A program made the translations under genes and the position numbers. The notes under the pieces were generated by a model that saw nothing but the letters and a program-made list of their open reading frames with translations, ran no database searches and had not been told where the DNA came from. From Planctomycetota bacterium (GTDB taxonomy: Bacteria > Planctomycetota > UBA11346), in assembly GCA_038213805.1 (NCBI GenBank), contig JBBQSO010000007.1:9127-73126 (forward strand): a DNA stretch of 64,000 nt, given 5' to 3'. Positions 1-8,534 of the stretch are shown here, in pieces; the stretch's first letter is position 1; the number at the start of each line of letters is the position of its first letter.

Positions 1-963
1 GGTGGTGTCGACGCGATCGAAGAGCAGCACGTAGCGCTGCTCTTCGGCGATGTTGCCACCTTCGCCGTTGAGCAGGCCGCAGCGCACGAAGCCGGTGGCC
101 AGGCGCTGGTCGCGAGTCGCGTCGGGCAGCAGATCGCCGGCGAGCTGCTCGACCGCGAAGCGGTCGAAGGGCAGGTCATCGTTGAAGGACTTCACCACCC
201 AGTCGCGCCACACCCATTGAAAAGTGTCGCCGTCCTGCTGGAAGCCATTGGAGTCGGCGTAGCGCGCCGCGTCCAGCCACGGCAGCGCCATGCGCTCGCC
301 GTAATGCGGCGAGGCGAGCAGGCGGTCGACCACGCGCTCGTAGGCGCCCGGTGCGGTGTCGGCGAGAAACGCATCGACCTCGGCGGGCTCCGGCGGCAGT
401 CCGGTGAGGTCGAGGGTGAGGCGGCGGACCAGCGTCTCCTTGTCGGCCTCCGGCGCGGGCGCCAGGGCGGAGGATTCGAGGCGGGCGAGTACGAAGCGGT
501 CAAGCGGATTGCGCGCCCACGCCGCGGAGCGCACCGCCGGTTCGGCAGGGCGCTGCGGCGCGCTGAACGCCCAGTGGCCGTCGAAGGGCGCGCCCTCGGC
601 GATCCAGCGCCGCAGCAGCTGCTTCTGGTCATCGGTCAGGGTGCGATGCGACTCCGGCGGCGGCATCTGCTCGTCAGGATCGGCGCTGCGAATGCGCTTG
701 ACGAGTTCGCTGTCGTCGGGCCGACCGGGAATGATCACATCCTTGACGCGCTGCCCAGCGAAGGTGTCGAGGCGCAGCTTGCCCTTGCGGCGGTTGGCAT
801 CCTGTCCGTGGCAGTGGAAGCAGTTCTCGGACAGTAGCGGTCGGATGTCGCGGCCGTAGTCGATCTCCGTCGAGGTCGCGGCCGCCTGCGCACTGCCGGC
901 GAGCCCAGCCAGGGCCAGAACGGCGGCGAGCGGGAAGGCGGGCGGCAGAACGGGCAGGCGCAT
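1..963 (-). CDS. PSCyt1/DUF1549-family protein (Planctomycete-type cytochrome c domain followed by a PSD/DUF1549 region); N-terminal 321 codons only, the gene runs off the window start
   Basis: Reverse-strand ATG at 961-963, preceded by GGAG and a signal peptide (MRLPVLPPAFPLAAVLALAGLAGSAQA). A CFHCH heme-binding motif (CxxCH) is followed by a conserved DUF1549-like block (HYGERMALPWLDAARYADSNGFQQD...DLPFDRF). The frame stays open to position 1. It is not in the ORF track because no stop lies inside the window. Confidence 0.8.
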   Translation of the reverse strand, partial: MRLPVLPPAFPLAAVLALAGLAGSAQAAATSTEIDYGRDIRPLLSENCFHCHGQDANRRKGKLRLDTFAGQRVKDVIIPGRPDDSELVKRIRSADPDEQMPPPESHRTLTDDQKQLLRRWIAEGAPFDGHWAFSAPQRPAEPAVRSAAWARNPLDRFVLARLESSALAPAPEADKETLVRRLTLDLTGLPPEPAEVDAFLADTAPGAYERVVDRLLASPHYGERMALPWLDAARYADSNGFQQDGDTFQWVWRDWVVKSFNDDLPFDRFAVEQLAGDLLPDATRDQRLATGFVRCGLLNGEGGNIAEEQRYVLLFDRVDTT

Positions 964-1038
964 CCCGACAGCGTACCAGGAGCGCCACCTCGACCACTTA
1001 CGCGGGCGCGTAAACAACGGGCGGCCCCGGGGCGGGGG

Positions 1039-1182
1039 CCGCGGTCCGGAAGTCCGGGGGTCCGGAAGTCCGGAAGTCGGACAGCCCCGCACCCAAGGTT
1101 CCGACCGCCCCCCCGTTAATCTTTCAAGCACATCATCCCACGAGACTTCCGGACTTCCGGACCCCGGACTTCCGGACCGGCG
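1039..1182. repeat. Large inverted repeat of about 36-40 bp arms built from GGTCCGGAAGTCC units, separated by about 60 bp
   Basis: The left arm ccgcggtccggaagtccgggggtccggaagtccggaagtcgg (1039-1080) is the reverse complement, with one indel, of cgagacttccggacttccggaccccggacttccggaccggcg (1141-1182). It lies between the stop of the LuxR regulator gene (1185) and the start of the PSCyt gene (963). Confidence 0.7.
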
Positions 1183-1184
1183 CG

Positions 1185-1883
1185 TCAGCGCCTAACAATG
1201 CCATCCTTCACCGCACGACGCACCGCGGCGGCGATGCAGTTGACGTGCAGTTTGCGGTAGATGCAGCGCGTCACGTAGTCGACGGTGTGCTGGTTCAGCT
1301 CCAGGCGGCCGGCGATCTCCTTCTTGCTGAAGCCGTCGACCATCAGTTCGAGCACCTCGCGTTCGCGCGCGACCAGGCCGGGGTCGTCGCGGACGGTGGG
1401 CGCGCCAACGGGCGCCGCCTGCATTCCATCTGAGGCCGCGGACGGCGCCTCGCCCGGGGCGATGCGCGCGAACATCGCCAGCACGCGGCGTGCGACGCGC
1501 GGATTCATCGGGGCGCCGCCGGCCAGCGTCTCGTCGATGGCGGTGAGCACGGTGGCGAGCGGTTCGGATTTGAGCAGGTAGCCGGAGGCGCCGGCGCAGA
1601 CTGCCTGGAAGATCTTGTCGTCATCTTCGAACACCGTCAGCACCACGATGCCGGTGTCGGGCGCGACCTGCTTGATGCGGCGGATGCCTTCGATGCCGTC
1701 GATGCCGGGCAGGCCGATGTCGAGCAGCACCACGTCTGGACGTTCGCCGGCGGCGAGGCGCGCGAGGGCGTCCTCGCAGCGCCCGAATTCGGCCAGTGCG
1801 TCGCCGGCGCGCCGTGCGGTCAAGGCGCGCGCGGTGGCGCGGCGGAACGCGGCGTTGTCCTCGATGATCCACAGCGTGGTCAT
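1185..1883 (-). CDS. Two-component response regulator, NarL/FixJ (LuxR-type HTH) family
   Basis: REC domain (IIEDN...VVLLDIGLPGIDGIE...VVLTVFEDDD) plus a C-terminal LuxR HTH (REREVLELMVDGFSKKEIAGRLELNQHTVDYV). Its start overlaps the stop of the kinase gene (ATGA at 1880-1883). Confidence 0.9.
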   Translation of the reverse strand: MTTLWIIEDNAAFRRATARALTARRAGDALAEFGRCEDALARLAAGERPDVVLLDIGLPGIDGIEGIRRIKQVAPDTGIVVLTVFEDDDKIFQAVCAGASGYLLKSEPLATVLTAIDETLAGGAPMNPRVARRVLAMFARIAPGEAPSAASDGMQAAPVGAPTVRDDPGLVAREREVLELMVDGFSKKEIAGRLELNQHTVDYVTRCIYRKLHVNCIAAAVRRAVKDGIVRR

Positions 1884-3925
1884 GACGCGCCACCCGGCGG
1901 AGCCGGCGCCGGCCCGCGCGGCGTGTGCGCGGTGGTGGCGCGCTGCCGCCCGGACAGGGCGGCGGGGCGCAGCCGCGCCAGCGGCACGATGCAGCGGATC
2001 AGCGTCCCACGCCCCGGCGCCGACTCGATGACCAGCCGGCCGCCGAGACTGCGCGCGCGCTCACGCAGGCTGGCGAGGCCGACGCCACCCTGCACCGCGC
2101 CGGGATCGAAGCCGCGGCCGTGGTCGCGGATCTCCAGGCGGGCTTCGTGGCCGTCCACCGCCAGGCCGAGCTCGACCGCGCCAGCCTGGGCGTGGCGCAC
2201 GATGTTCGCGAGCGCCTCCTTGGCGATCAGGAAGAGCTCGCGTCGCGCCAGCGGCGTCCAGTCGACGGGAATGGCGGCGAGCGGCGCCGTCCAGCGCACC
2301 GCGACGCCGCCGAGCATGCGCTCGGCCAGACGCTGCAGGTGGCTGGCGAGATCGGGGCCGGCCTCCTCGCGCGCGCCGGCCAGCCACAGCACCTCGCGCA
2401 TGCCGTCCATGCTCTCATGGGCGATGCGGCCCACCTCGCGCCAGTCCTCGCCCTGACCGGCGGCGGGCGCGGCGTCGGCACCGAGCTCGCTGAGGCGTGC
2501 GATCGCGGCGAGGTTGCTGCCGATCTCGTCGTGCAGGTCGCGAGCCAGGCGCCGGCGCAGGCCGTCGAGCTCGCGCGCACGGCGGCGGCGCAGGGCGAGC
2601 AGCCAGGCGCCCAGGGCCGCGAGCACGAGCGCGCCAACCGCGCCGCCCAGCCACCACGCGCGCCGGCGCGCCTCCTCCACGAGTTCGCTGCGTGCACCCG
2701 CGAGGCGTGCCAGCTCGCCGTCCAGATGCGCGCGCCGGTCCCACTCGTCGAGCCAATCCGGCAGCTCCATCAGGCGGCCATAACTGGTGTAGCCGTCGAC
2801 CAGCAGCGCGCGCGGCCAGGCATTGCTGTAGGTGCTGGGATCTTGGCTGGAGGTGACGGTGGCGTCGCGCGCGAGATTGCGGTCGCCGCTGTAGACCTCG
2901 ACCTCGGACAGCGAAAAACGCCCATGATCGCCGGGTGGCAGGCTGACGCGTACGTAGCGCGCGGTGACGCCGGCGGCGCGCAGGGTGATGGCGTTGTCGC
3001 CGGGGTTGGGGTAGTCGGCGGCGGTGCTGTCGAGGATCATCGCCGGCGCCACGAAATCCGCGTTGGTCGCGGCCTGGACGCGGAAGCGCGCGGGGAAGCT
3101 GAAACCCGGGATGTCGGCGCCGAGGCGCGCGTGCGTGGCGTAGAGGCGCACCTCCTGAAGCTCGTGCGGGGCGCCCAGATCGAGGGTCATGCTGCTCGAC
3201 TCGCCTTCGCCCGCTGGGCCGGCGAACAGCCCGTCCCAGGCGAGCAGCGCAACGTGGATGGGCGGGCCGAGCGCGGTGCGCCCGTCGACCAGCGCGCCGA
3301 GCGTCCAGCGCGGCGGCAGGTTGAGGCTCGACGAAGCGGTCACCGGACGGCCGATCGCGACGTCGCGTGGGCCCGACAGCACCACCAGTTCGCCGAGGGC
3401 GTAGAAGTACTGGCCGTTCTCCTGCGCCAGCTTGGTGACGGTGACGCGTACGTAGCGCGCGCGCCGGCCGCCGCCCTGCACCACCAGCGGCGCGATGCCC
3501 GGGTCGGGCAGGTCGGCTTCGGTGCAATCAGCGACGCGCACCGGATCGGCGAAGTCCGGGCTCGCCGCGAGATCGATGCGGAAGCGCGGCGGGAAACCAT
3601 AGGTGCGCTTGGCATCGGCCTGCCAGTCGAGCACCGCGGGGATCAGCGCGATGCGCTCGATCGGCAGCTCCTCGCCGAGGTCGACCTGCACCCAGGGCGG
3701 GGTCAGCGGAGGCGTGCCGAGGCGTGGATGCTGATAGCCGAACTGCGGCGCGGTCTGACCAATCACCGGCGTGCCGAGGACGGCCAATTCCTGCTGAGTG
3801 CGCTGGCGGTCCGCGTCGAGCGCGCGCAGCTCGGGGCTCAACCAGCCCAGCCACGCGCCATCGTCGGCCGCGAACGCCAGCGCCGGCAGAAGCGCGAGCA
3901 GGAGCGGAAGCGGACCCAGGGGCAT
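1880..3925 (-). CDS. Sensor histidine kinase (HisKA_3/HATPase_c, NarX-like) with a signal peptide and two periplasmic F5/8-type-C (discoidin)-like domains
   Basis: Signal peptide MPLGPLPLLLALLPALAFA. Two repeats of the RYVRVTV...GELVVLSG / RYVRVSL...SEVEVYSG type. A TM segment (WWLGGAVGALVLAALGAWLLAL), then the dimerisation/H-box LARDLHDEIGSNLAAI and an ATPase domain (GRGFDP...GLASLRERA). Confidence 0.85.
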   Translation of the reverse strand: MPLGPLPLLLALLPALAFAADDGAWLGWLSPELRALDADRQRTQQELAVLGTPVIGQTAPQFGYQHPRLGTPPLTPPWVQVDLGEELPIERIALIPAVLDWQADAKRTYGFPPRFRIDLAASPDFADPVRVADCTEADLPDPGIAPLVVQGGGRRARYVRVTVTKLAQENGQYFYALGELVVLSGPRDVAIGRPVTASSSLNLPPRWTLGALVDGRTALGPPIHVALLAWDGLFAGPAGEGESSSMTLDLGAPHELQEVRLYATHARLGADIPGFSFPARFRVQAATNADFVAPAMILDSTAADYPNPGDNAITLRAAGVTARYVRVSLPPGDHGRFSLSEVEVYSGDRNLARDATVTSSQDPSTYSNAWPRALLVDGYTSYGRLMELPDWLDEWDRRAHLDGELARLAGARSELVEEARRRAWWLGGAVGALVLAALGAWLLALRRRRARELDGLRRRLARDLHDEIGSNLAAIARLSELGADAAPAAGQGEDWREVGRIAHESMDGMREVLWLAGAREEAGPDLASHLQRLAERMLGGVAVRWTAPLAAIPVDWTPLARRELFLIAKEALANIVRHAQAGAVELGLAVDGHEARLEIRDHGRGFDPGAVQGGVGLASLRERARSLGGRLVIESAPGRGTLIRCIVPLARLRPAALSGRQRATTAHTPRGPAPAPPGGAS

Positions 3926-4009
3926 GCGGGGATCGTGGCGGAGGTGACGGGGTTACAATCGCGGGGGAGGTAGGGTTGTGGGGGAGAGTAGGTTGGATTG
4001 CGGGGCATG

Positions 4010-4140
4010 GGGACTCGGGAGTGCGGAGTGCGGAGTGCGGAGTGCGGAGTGCGGAGTGCGGAGTGCGGAGTGCGGAGTGCGGAGTGCGGTGCGCGGTGCG
4101 CGGTGCTGGGTACGGGATGCGGGATGCGGGATGCGGGAAT
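4010..4140. repeat. Heptanucleotide microsatellite: (GGAGTGC) x about 10, then (GGTGCGC) x 2, then (GGGATGC) x 3-4
   Basis: The repeats are directly visible between the divergent starts of the histidine kinase (3925, minus) and the esterase (4287, plus). The 7-bp unit is not a multiple of three. Confidence 0.85.
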
Positions 4141-4286
4141 CTAGGCACGTGTCCGGAGTTGGGGTGGTGAACGATAAGCGCTCGACAGGGAAGTGGCGCC
4201 AGGGACCGGTCGGGCCTGTCCATGGTCAGGCAGGAATGACCATTGGCAGCGCGTGGGCTTGGGGACCATCGATCCAGGAGCCACGC

Positions 4287-5510
4287 ATGTCCCGTCCCCT
4301 TGCACCGATTGCGGCATTCGCTGCGCGAGCGGGCAGCGTCGCGTGGCTGCGGGCGGTGACCGCGCTGGGTCTGGCGGGTAGCGCGGCGGCGGCTGCGCTG
4401 CTGGCGCTGTGCCCGTCGTACACGCTGGGTCTGCTGATCGCGGCGCTGGTGGCGACCGAGTTGTGCGCATGGACGGCGGCGTTCGGCGTCGCGGCGCTCG
4501 CGCTGTGCGCGTGGCCGAGCCCGCTGCGGCGTTGGCGGCCGGTAACCGGCGCGCTGGCGGTACTGGCGATCGCGTTGGCGCTGCCGCGGATGTTGGCGGT
4601 ATCTGAAGCGGCACGCACGGCGGATGCGGCCCTGGCCACGTTCGACCTGGCCGCGCCCGCCACGCAGGCGGCGCCGCACCTGCGCGCGGCGCCGGTGCTG
4701 TGGAGCGAGTGCTTTCTGGGACTCGCCATCCCGCCGTCGCGGCCGGTGCAGGAACTCGCCATCCCAGGTGGCGACGGTGCGCCGTTACCGGGGCTGCTCT
4801 ACCGGCCGCTGACGGCGGCGCCGGCGCCGCTGGTGGTAATGGTGCACGGCGGCGGCTGGCATGGCGGTGGTCCGCAGGAATGCCCGGACAGCGCGCGCTA
4901 TCTCGCCGGCCATGGCATCGCGGTCGCCGCGCTGTCGTACCGCCTCGCTCCGGCTGCGCGCTTCCCCGCCGCGCTGGACGATGTGCGCGCCGCGCTGCGC
5001 TGGCTGCGCGCGCAGGCCGGACCGCTCGGGCTCGATGGCGGGCGCATTGCGCTGCTCGGGCGCTCGGCGGGGGGCCAGCTCGTGCTGCTCGCCTCCACAT
5101 CGCCGGAAGGCGCCGGCCTGCGCGCGGTGGTCGCCTGCTATCCCGCGGTCGACCTGCTCGACGGTTTCCACGATCCGCCGCATCCGGACCCGATCAACGG
5201 CGCCCAGGTGATGATCGACTACCTGGGCGGCACGCCGGAGCAGCTTCCCGCGGTCTACCGCAATGCCTCGCCCATGTTCGCGGCGCGCGCGGCCATGCCG
5301 CCGGTGCTGCTGCTGCACGGCGTGCGCGATCACGTCATCCAGATCGGCTATCTGCGGCGGTACCGCGACGTGCTGCTCGCCCAGGGTGGTGCGGCGGCGC
5401 TGATCGAGGTGCCGTGGGCCGAGCATGGGTTCGACCAGGTCGAGCAAGGACTGGGCGGCCAGTTCGCGCTCGATTGCATCACGCGCTTCCTGGCGGGCAG
5501 ACTGGAATGA
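4287..5510 (+). CDS. Membrane-anchored alpha/beta-hydrolase (esterase/lipase, HSL-like HGGG family)
   Basis: Start chosen at the ATG preceded by AGGAG; the upstream ORF extension 3978-4286 consists of microsatellite sequence. It has N-terminal TM helices, an HGGGW oxyanion motif, a GRSAGG nucleophile elbow (GxSxG), and a downstream LLLHGVRDHV segment carrying the His. Confidence 0.75.
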   Translation: MSRPLAPIAAFAARAGSVAWLRAVTALGLAGSAAAAALLALCPSYTLGLLIAALVATELCAWTAAFGVAALALCAWPSPLRRWRPVTGALAVLAIALALPRMLAVSEAARTADAALATFDLAAPATQAAPHLRAAPVLWSECFLGLAIPPSRPVQELAIPGGDGAPLPGLLYRPLTAAPAPLVVMVHGGGWHGGGPQECPDSARYLAGHGIAVAALSYRLAPAARFPAALDDVRAALRWLRAQAGPLGLDGGRIALLGRSAGGQLVLLASTSPEGAGLRAVVACYPAVDLLDGFHDPPHPDPINGAQVMIDYLGGTPEQLPAVYRNASPMFAARAAMPPVLLLHGVRDHVIQIGYLRRYRDVLLAQGGAAALIEVPWAEHGFDQVEQGLGGQFALDCITRFLAGRLE

Positions 5511-5526
5511 GCGGACCAGCGGCGCC

Positions 5527-6012
5527 TCAACCGGGGTGATTCGCCTCGGCCTGAGCAACCTCTGCATCGTCCTTCTTGCCGCGCCAGCGCTCGTCCGCTT
5601 CCTCGACGGAATGCGCGCTGCCGATGTCCTGCTCCTGGGTGATGATCTCGACCAGGCGCGCGTAGTGGTCGCGCAGAATCTGCAATTCGTGTTCCGGGCG
5701 CTGCTCGACGGCGATGAGGTGATTGCTGGCACCAGCGGTGGCGGCGATCAACTCGTTGAGCTTGAGCTGGATCGCCACCGCGTCCTTGTTCTGCGCGCGC
5801 TGAATGAGGAAGACCATCAGGAAGGTGACGATGGTCGTACTGGTGTTGATCACCAGCTGCCACGTGTCCGAGTAGTGGAAGAGCGGTCCGGTGACCAGCC
5901 AGGCGACGATGACCAGGACGGCGAGAATGAAGGCAGTGGAGCTGCCCGAGGCGGCGGTGGCCTGGCGCGAGAAGGACTCGAGCAGGCGGGAGCAGGTTGC
6001 GGTGAGCGGCAT
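5527..6012 (-). CDS. Low-affinity iron permease (Fet4-like) family small membrane protein
   Basis: 161 aa with two TM helices and the conserved SDTWQLVINTSTTIVTFLMVFLIQRAQNKD...AIQLKLNELI block typical of the bacterial iron_permease family. Confidence 0.65.
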   Translation of the reverse strand: MPLTATCSRLLESFSRQATAASGSSTAFILAVLVIVAWLVTGPLFHYSDTWQLVINTSTTIVTFLMVFLIQRAQNKDAVAIQLKLNELIAATAGASNHLIAVEQRPEHELQILRDHYARLVEIITQEQDIGSAHSVEEADERWRGKKDDAEVAQAEANHPG

Positions 6013-6418
6013 GGGGTGGTCCTCAGAACGGGCGGGCCACCGCGGCGGGAGGTGGCGTGGAATGGATCAGGCTGCTTGAGGTCGCACAGGATATGCGGCC
6101 CGTGATCGGGTGCCAAGAACGCGCCTTCGGCCCTGCATTCTGCATGGCTGCCACGGTGGACCGGCGGACCGCCACCCACCCTGATGAGGTGGCGGAATCT
6201 GCCCGACCGCACTCGGCAACTGGGCGGTCGACGCCTGTATTCGACGCTTTGGTCCGTGAAACGCTTGGCACGTTCCGCGCGTTCAGCCTGTCCATGTTGC
6301 CCATCCATCCACCTTGCGGCGGACGGGCAGACCACGGACATTGATCAGCCGGTTGCCACGGAGGGCGCAACGCGGGATCCACCGGACGGCAACGTCCCCG
6401 ATGCGAATGGAGCAAGCC

Positions 6419-8524
6419 ATGTCCTGTGCCGCCTGCGGAGCCACCCTGCTGGCCGACGCGCGCTTCTGCATCATTTGCGGAGCCACGACCAAGGCGCAGC
6501 CGGCGGCCGCCGCTGCAGTGCGGCCACCGGCATCGTCCCAACCGTCCCGCGCGCTCACCGCGCCAGCGGTTGCCGCCGGCGCGGTAGCGCTGACCGGCAG
6601 CGCCGAGTCGGACCTCCTGCATCTGGTCGACGGCTACCTGATGTGGAACCTGCACCCTGGCCAGGTCGCGCGCCTGATCACGCCGGCGCTGGCCGACAGC
6701 CTTGACGGCGCACGCGGCGTGGCGGTCAACGACGGCACGCGCGCACTGGTGTACATCAACGGCGCCCTGGCCGCCGACCTGCAACACGGCCTGTTCGACG
6801 TCGCGCAGACACCGGCTGCTGAAGCCGGCACCAGTGAGCCGGCAGGGCCCGCCGCCGCACGGCGCGGCGGGCTGTTCGCCTTTGTCGCGGCCGGCACCGC
6901 GCACGCGGCGCGCATGCTGCGCGGAGCGAGCGAAGCCGCCGCGGTGCCCGCCGTTCGTGAGGGCGCGCCGGGGACCGCGGGCGCGGCGCAGCTGGTGAGC
7001 GTGCTGCTGGTGCGCCAGGGACCGATGCCGCTCATCCTCTCGCTGACGCTACCCACCGCCACGGTCACCACCGCGGTGGCCGTGCAGCTGTTTGTCGAGA
7101 TCACTGATGCGGCGGCCTTCAGCCGCGCGCTGATGCAGGTGCGCCGCGAACTCGGCCTCGACGCGCTGGCCGTGGCGCTGACGCCGGTCGTCGAGCCGGC
7201 GCTGCGCGCGGTGCTGCGCACGGTGCCCGCGGAAGGCTCATCCGAACCCGGACTGGAACTGCGCGTGGCCGCGGCGATGGGCGAGGCGCTGCGCCTGGAC
7301 TGGGGCTTCCTGCGCATCGTGCGCGTCGCCACCGTCACCATGCGGCGCGACGAGCTCGAACGCCTGGCGAGATTCCGCGAGGCCACCTATCTGAGCGAGC
7401 AGGCGCTCGAGCAGGTCAGCGCCCGCAATGAATTCGCCAACCGCCTGCACCTCGAACGCAACCGCCAGCGCATCGACCAGGCGGCGAGCACCCAGCGCCT
7501 GCAGGCCGCGCTGACCGACATCAACCGCGACGAGCTGGTCGGGCGCGACGACCTGGCGCGCTTCACCCTGCTGCTCGACCACGGCCGCCGCCTGCGCGAG
7601 GCCGCGACCGAGGGCGACTACCAGGACGCCATCGCTGGATTGCGCCGCAGCGAGCTGCTGCGCGAGGACAGCGTCGCCTATGCCGCACGCGAGGCGCAGG
7701 AGCGCCGCGAGGACCACGCCCACCGCCGCCTGCACGCGCTCGAACTCTTCGACCTCAGCCGCCAGATGGAGAGCGACCAGGCGCGCCTGCAGTGGGAGTA
7801 CGGCATCGGCGACCAGCGCATCGCGCTCGCGCTGCAGCGCCGCCTGGGCGAGCACGCGGCGCGCTTCAAACTCACCGCCCTCGACCTTGAGGAGGAGCGC
7901 CTGCGCGACGATCACCTCGCCGAGCGCGAGCGCACCGCCGACGAGCGCCGGCGCAGCGTCGCAGGGCACGCGCACGAGGAGCGTCTGGCCCAGCTCGAGA
8001 TCGCCCGCCAGGCGCAGGCTCTGGGCGAAGACCGCCGCCGCGAAGAGCACGGGCGCACCCTGGCCGCCGAGGCGCAGCGCGCCCGCGACGCGCGCGAGGC
8101 CATCCTGGTCGAGGCGCAGCGCTGGGCCGGCATGACCGTCGAGCAGATCATCGCCGCCAACGCGACGCTGACCCCGGCCGCGGCCGCCGCGCTTGCGACC
8201 AAGTACCAGGCCGAGGCGCAGGCCAGTGGCGAGCGCTCCAAGGCCGAAGCCGCTGAGAACGCCGGCGACCAGCGCGCGCGCGCCGCTGAGAGCGGCAAGG
8301 ACGAGCTGCGCCGTTTCATGACCGACCAGCTCGCGGCGATGCAGGAACTGATGCGTCAGACCCTGGATTCCAACGCACGCATCGCCGGGGCCGGCCAGCA
8401 GGATGGGCGCCGGCCTGGCTGGGCCGCCGCAGCGCCGACCGCGGCGGCACCGACCTTCTGCAGCCGCTGCGGACGGGCGCTCGGGGCGAGCGGCTGCCCG
8501 GCCTGCGATGCGCGGCCGGCCTGA
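6419..8524 (+). CDS. Zinc-ribbon protein with a long ER/EA-rich coiled-coil region and a second C-terminal zinc ribbon (function unknown)
   Basis: Start taken at MSCAACGATLLADARFCIICGAT (a CxxC...CxxC zinc ribbon) preceded by GGAG. The middle part carries charged heptad-like repeats (ERERTADERRRS...EERLAQLEIARQAQALGEDRRREEH). The C-terminus is FCSRCGRALGASGCPACD. GC3 is high throughout. Confidence 0.6.
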   Translation: MSCAACGATLLADARFCIICGATTKAQPAAAAAVRPPASSQPSRALTAPAVAAGAVALTGSAESDLLHLVDGYLMWNLHPGQVARLITPALADSLDGARGVAVNDGTRALVYINGALAADLQHGLFDVAQTPAAEAGTSEPAGPAAARRGGLFAFVAAGTAHAARMLRGASEAAAVPAVREGAPGTAGAAQLVSVLLVRQGPMPLILSLTLPTATVTTAVAVQLFVEITDAAAFSRALMQVRRELGLDALAVALTPVVEPALRAVLRTVPAEGSSEPGLELRVAAAMGEALRLDWGFLRIVRVATVTMRRDELERLARFREATYLSEQALEQVSARNEFANRLHLERNRQRIDQAASTQRLQAALTDINRDELVGRDDLARFTLLLDHGRRLREAATEGDYQDAIAGLRRSELLREDSVAYAAREAQERREDHAHRRLHALELFDLSRQMESDQARLQWEYGIGDQRIALALQRRLGEHAARFKLTALDLEEERLRDDHLAERERTADERRRSVAGHAHEERLAQLEIARQAQALGEDRRREEHGRTLAAEAQRARDAREAILVEAQRWAGMTVEQIIAANATLTPAAAAALATKYQAEAQASGERSKAEAAENAGDQRARAAESGKDELRRFMTDQLAAMQELMRQTLDSNARIAGAGQQDGRRPGWAAAAPTAAAPTFCSRCGRALGASGCPACDARPA

Positions 8525-8534
8525 GCGATCCGCC

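Noticed and set aside
1925-3973. 682-aa plus-strand ORF opposite the histidine kinase gene. Similar long antisense ORFs: 15124-19329, 7238-8536, 8316-10019, 30539-32296, 61366-62379, 50562-51920, 52880-strand partners, 1615-2031 and others
   Set aside because: These are typical shadow ORFs of 70%-GC DNA. The products are Arg/Ala/Gly-rich low-complexity strings, the third codon position is not G/C-biased in those frames, and each fully overlaps a gene with clear domain content on the other strand.
3978-4286. N-terminal extension of the esterase ORF (MGESRLDCGAWGLGSAECGVRSAECGV...)
   Set aside because: It is a translation of the heptanucleotide microsatellite and its flanks. The internal ATG at 4287 has an AGGAG RBS and begins the hydrophobic membrane anchor.
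6057-6344. 95-aa ORF in the 400-bp gap upstream of the first zinc-ribbon gene
   Set aside because: No RBS, no motif, mixed codon bias. More likely untranslated promoter/5'-UTR region of the divergent iron-permease and zinc-ribbon genes.
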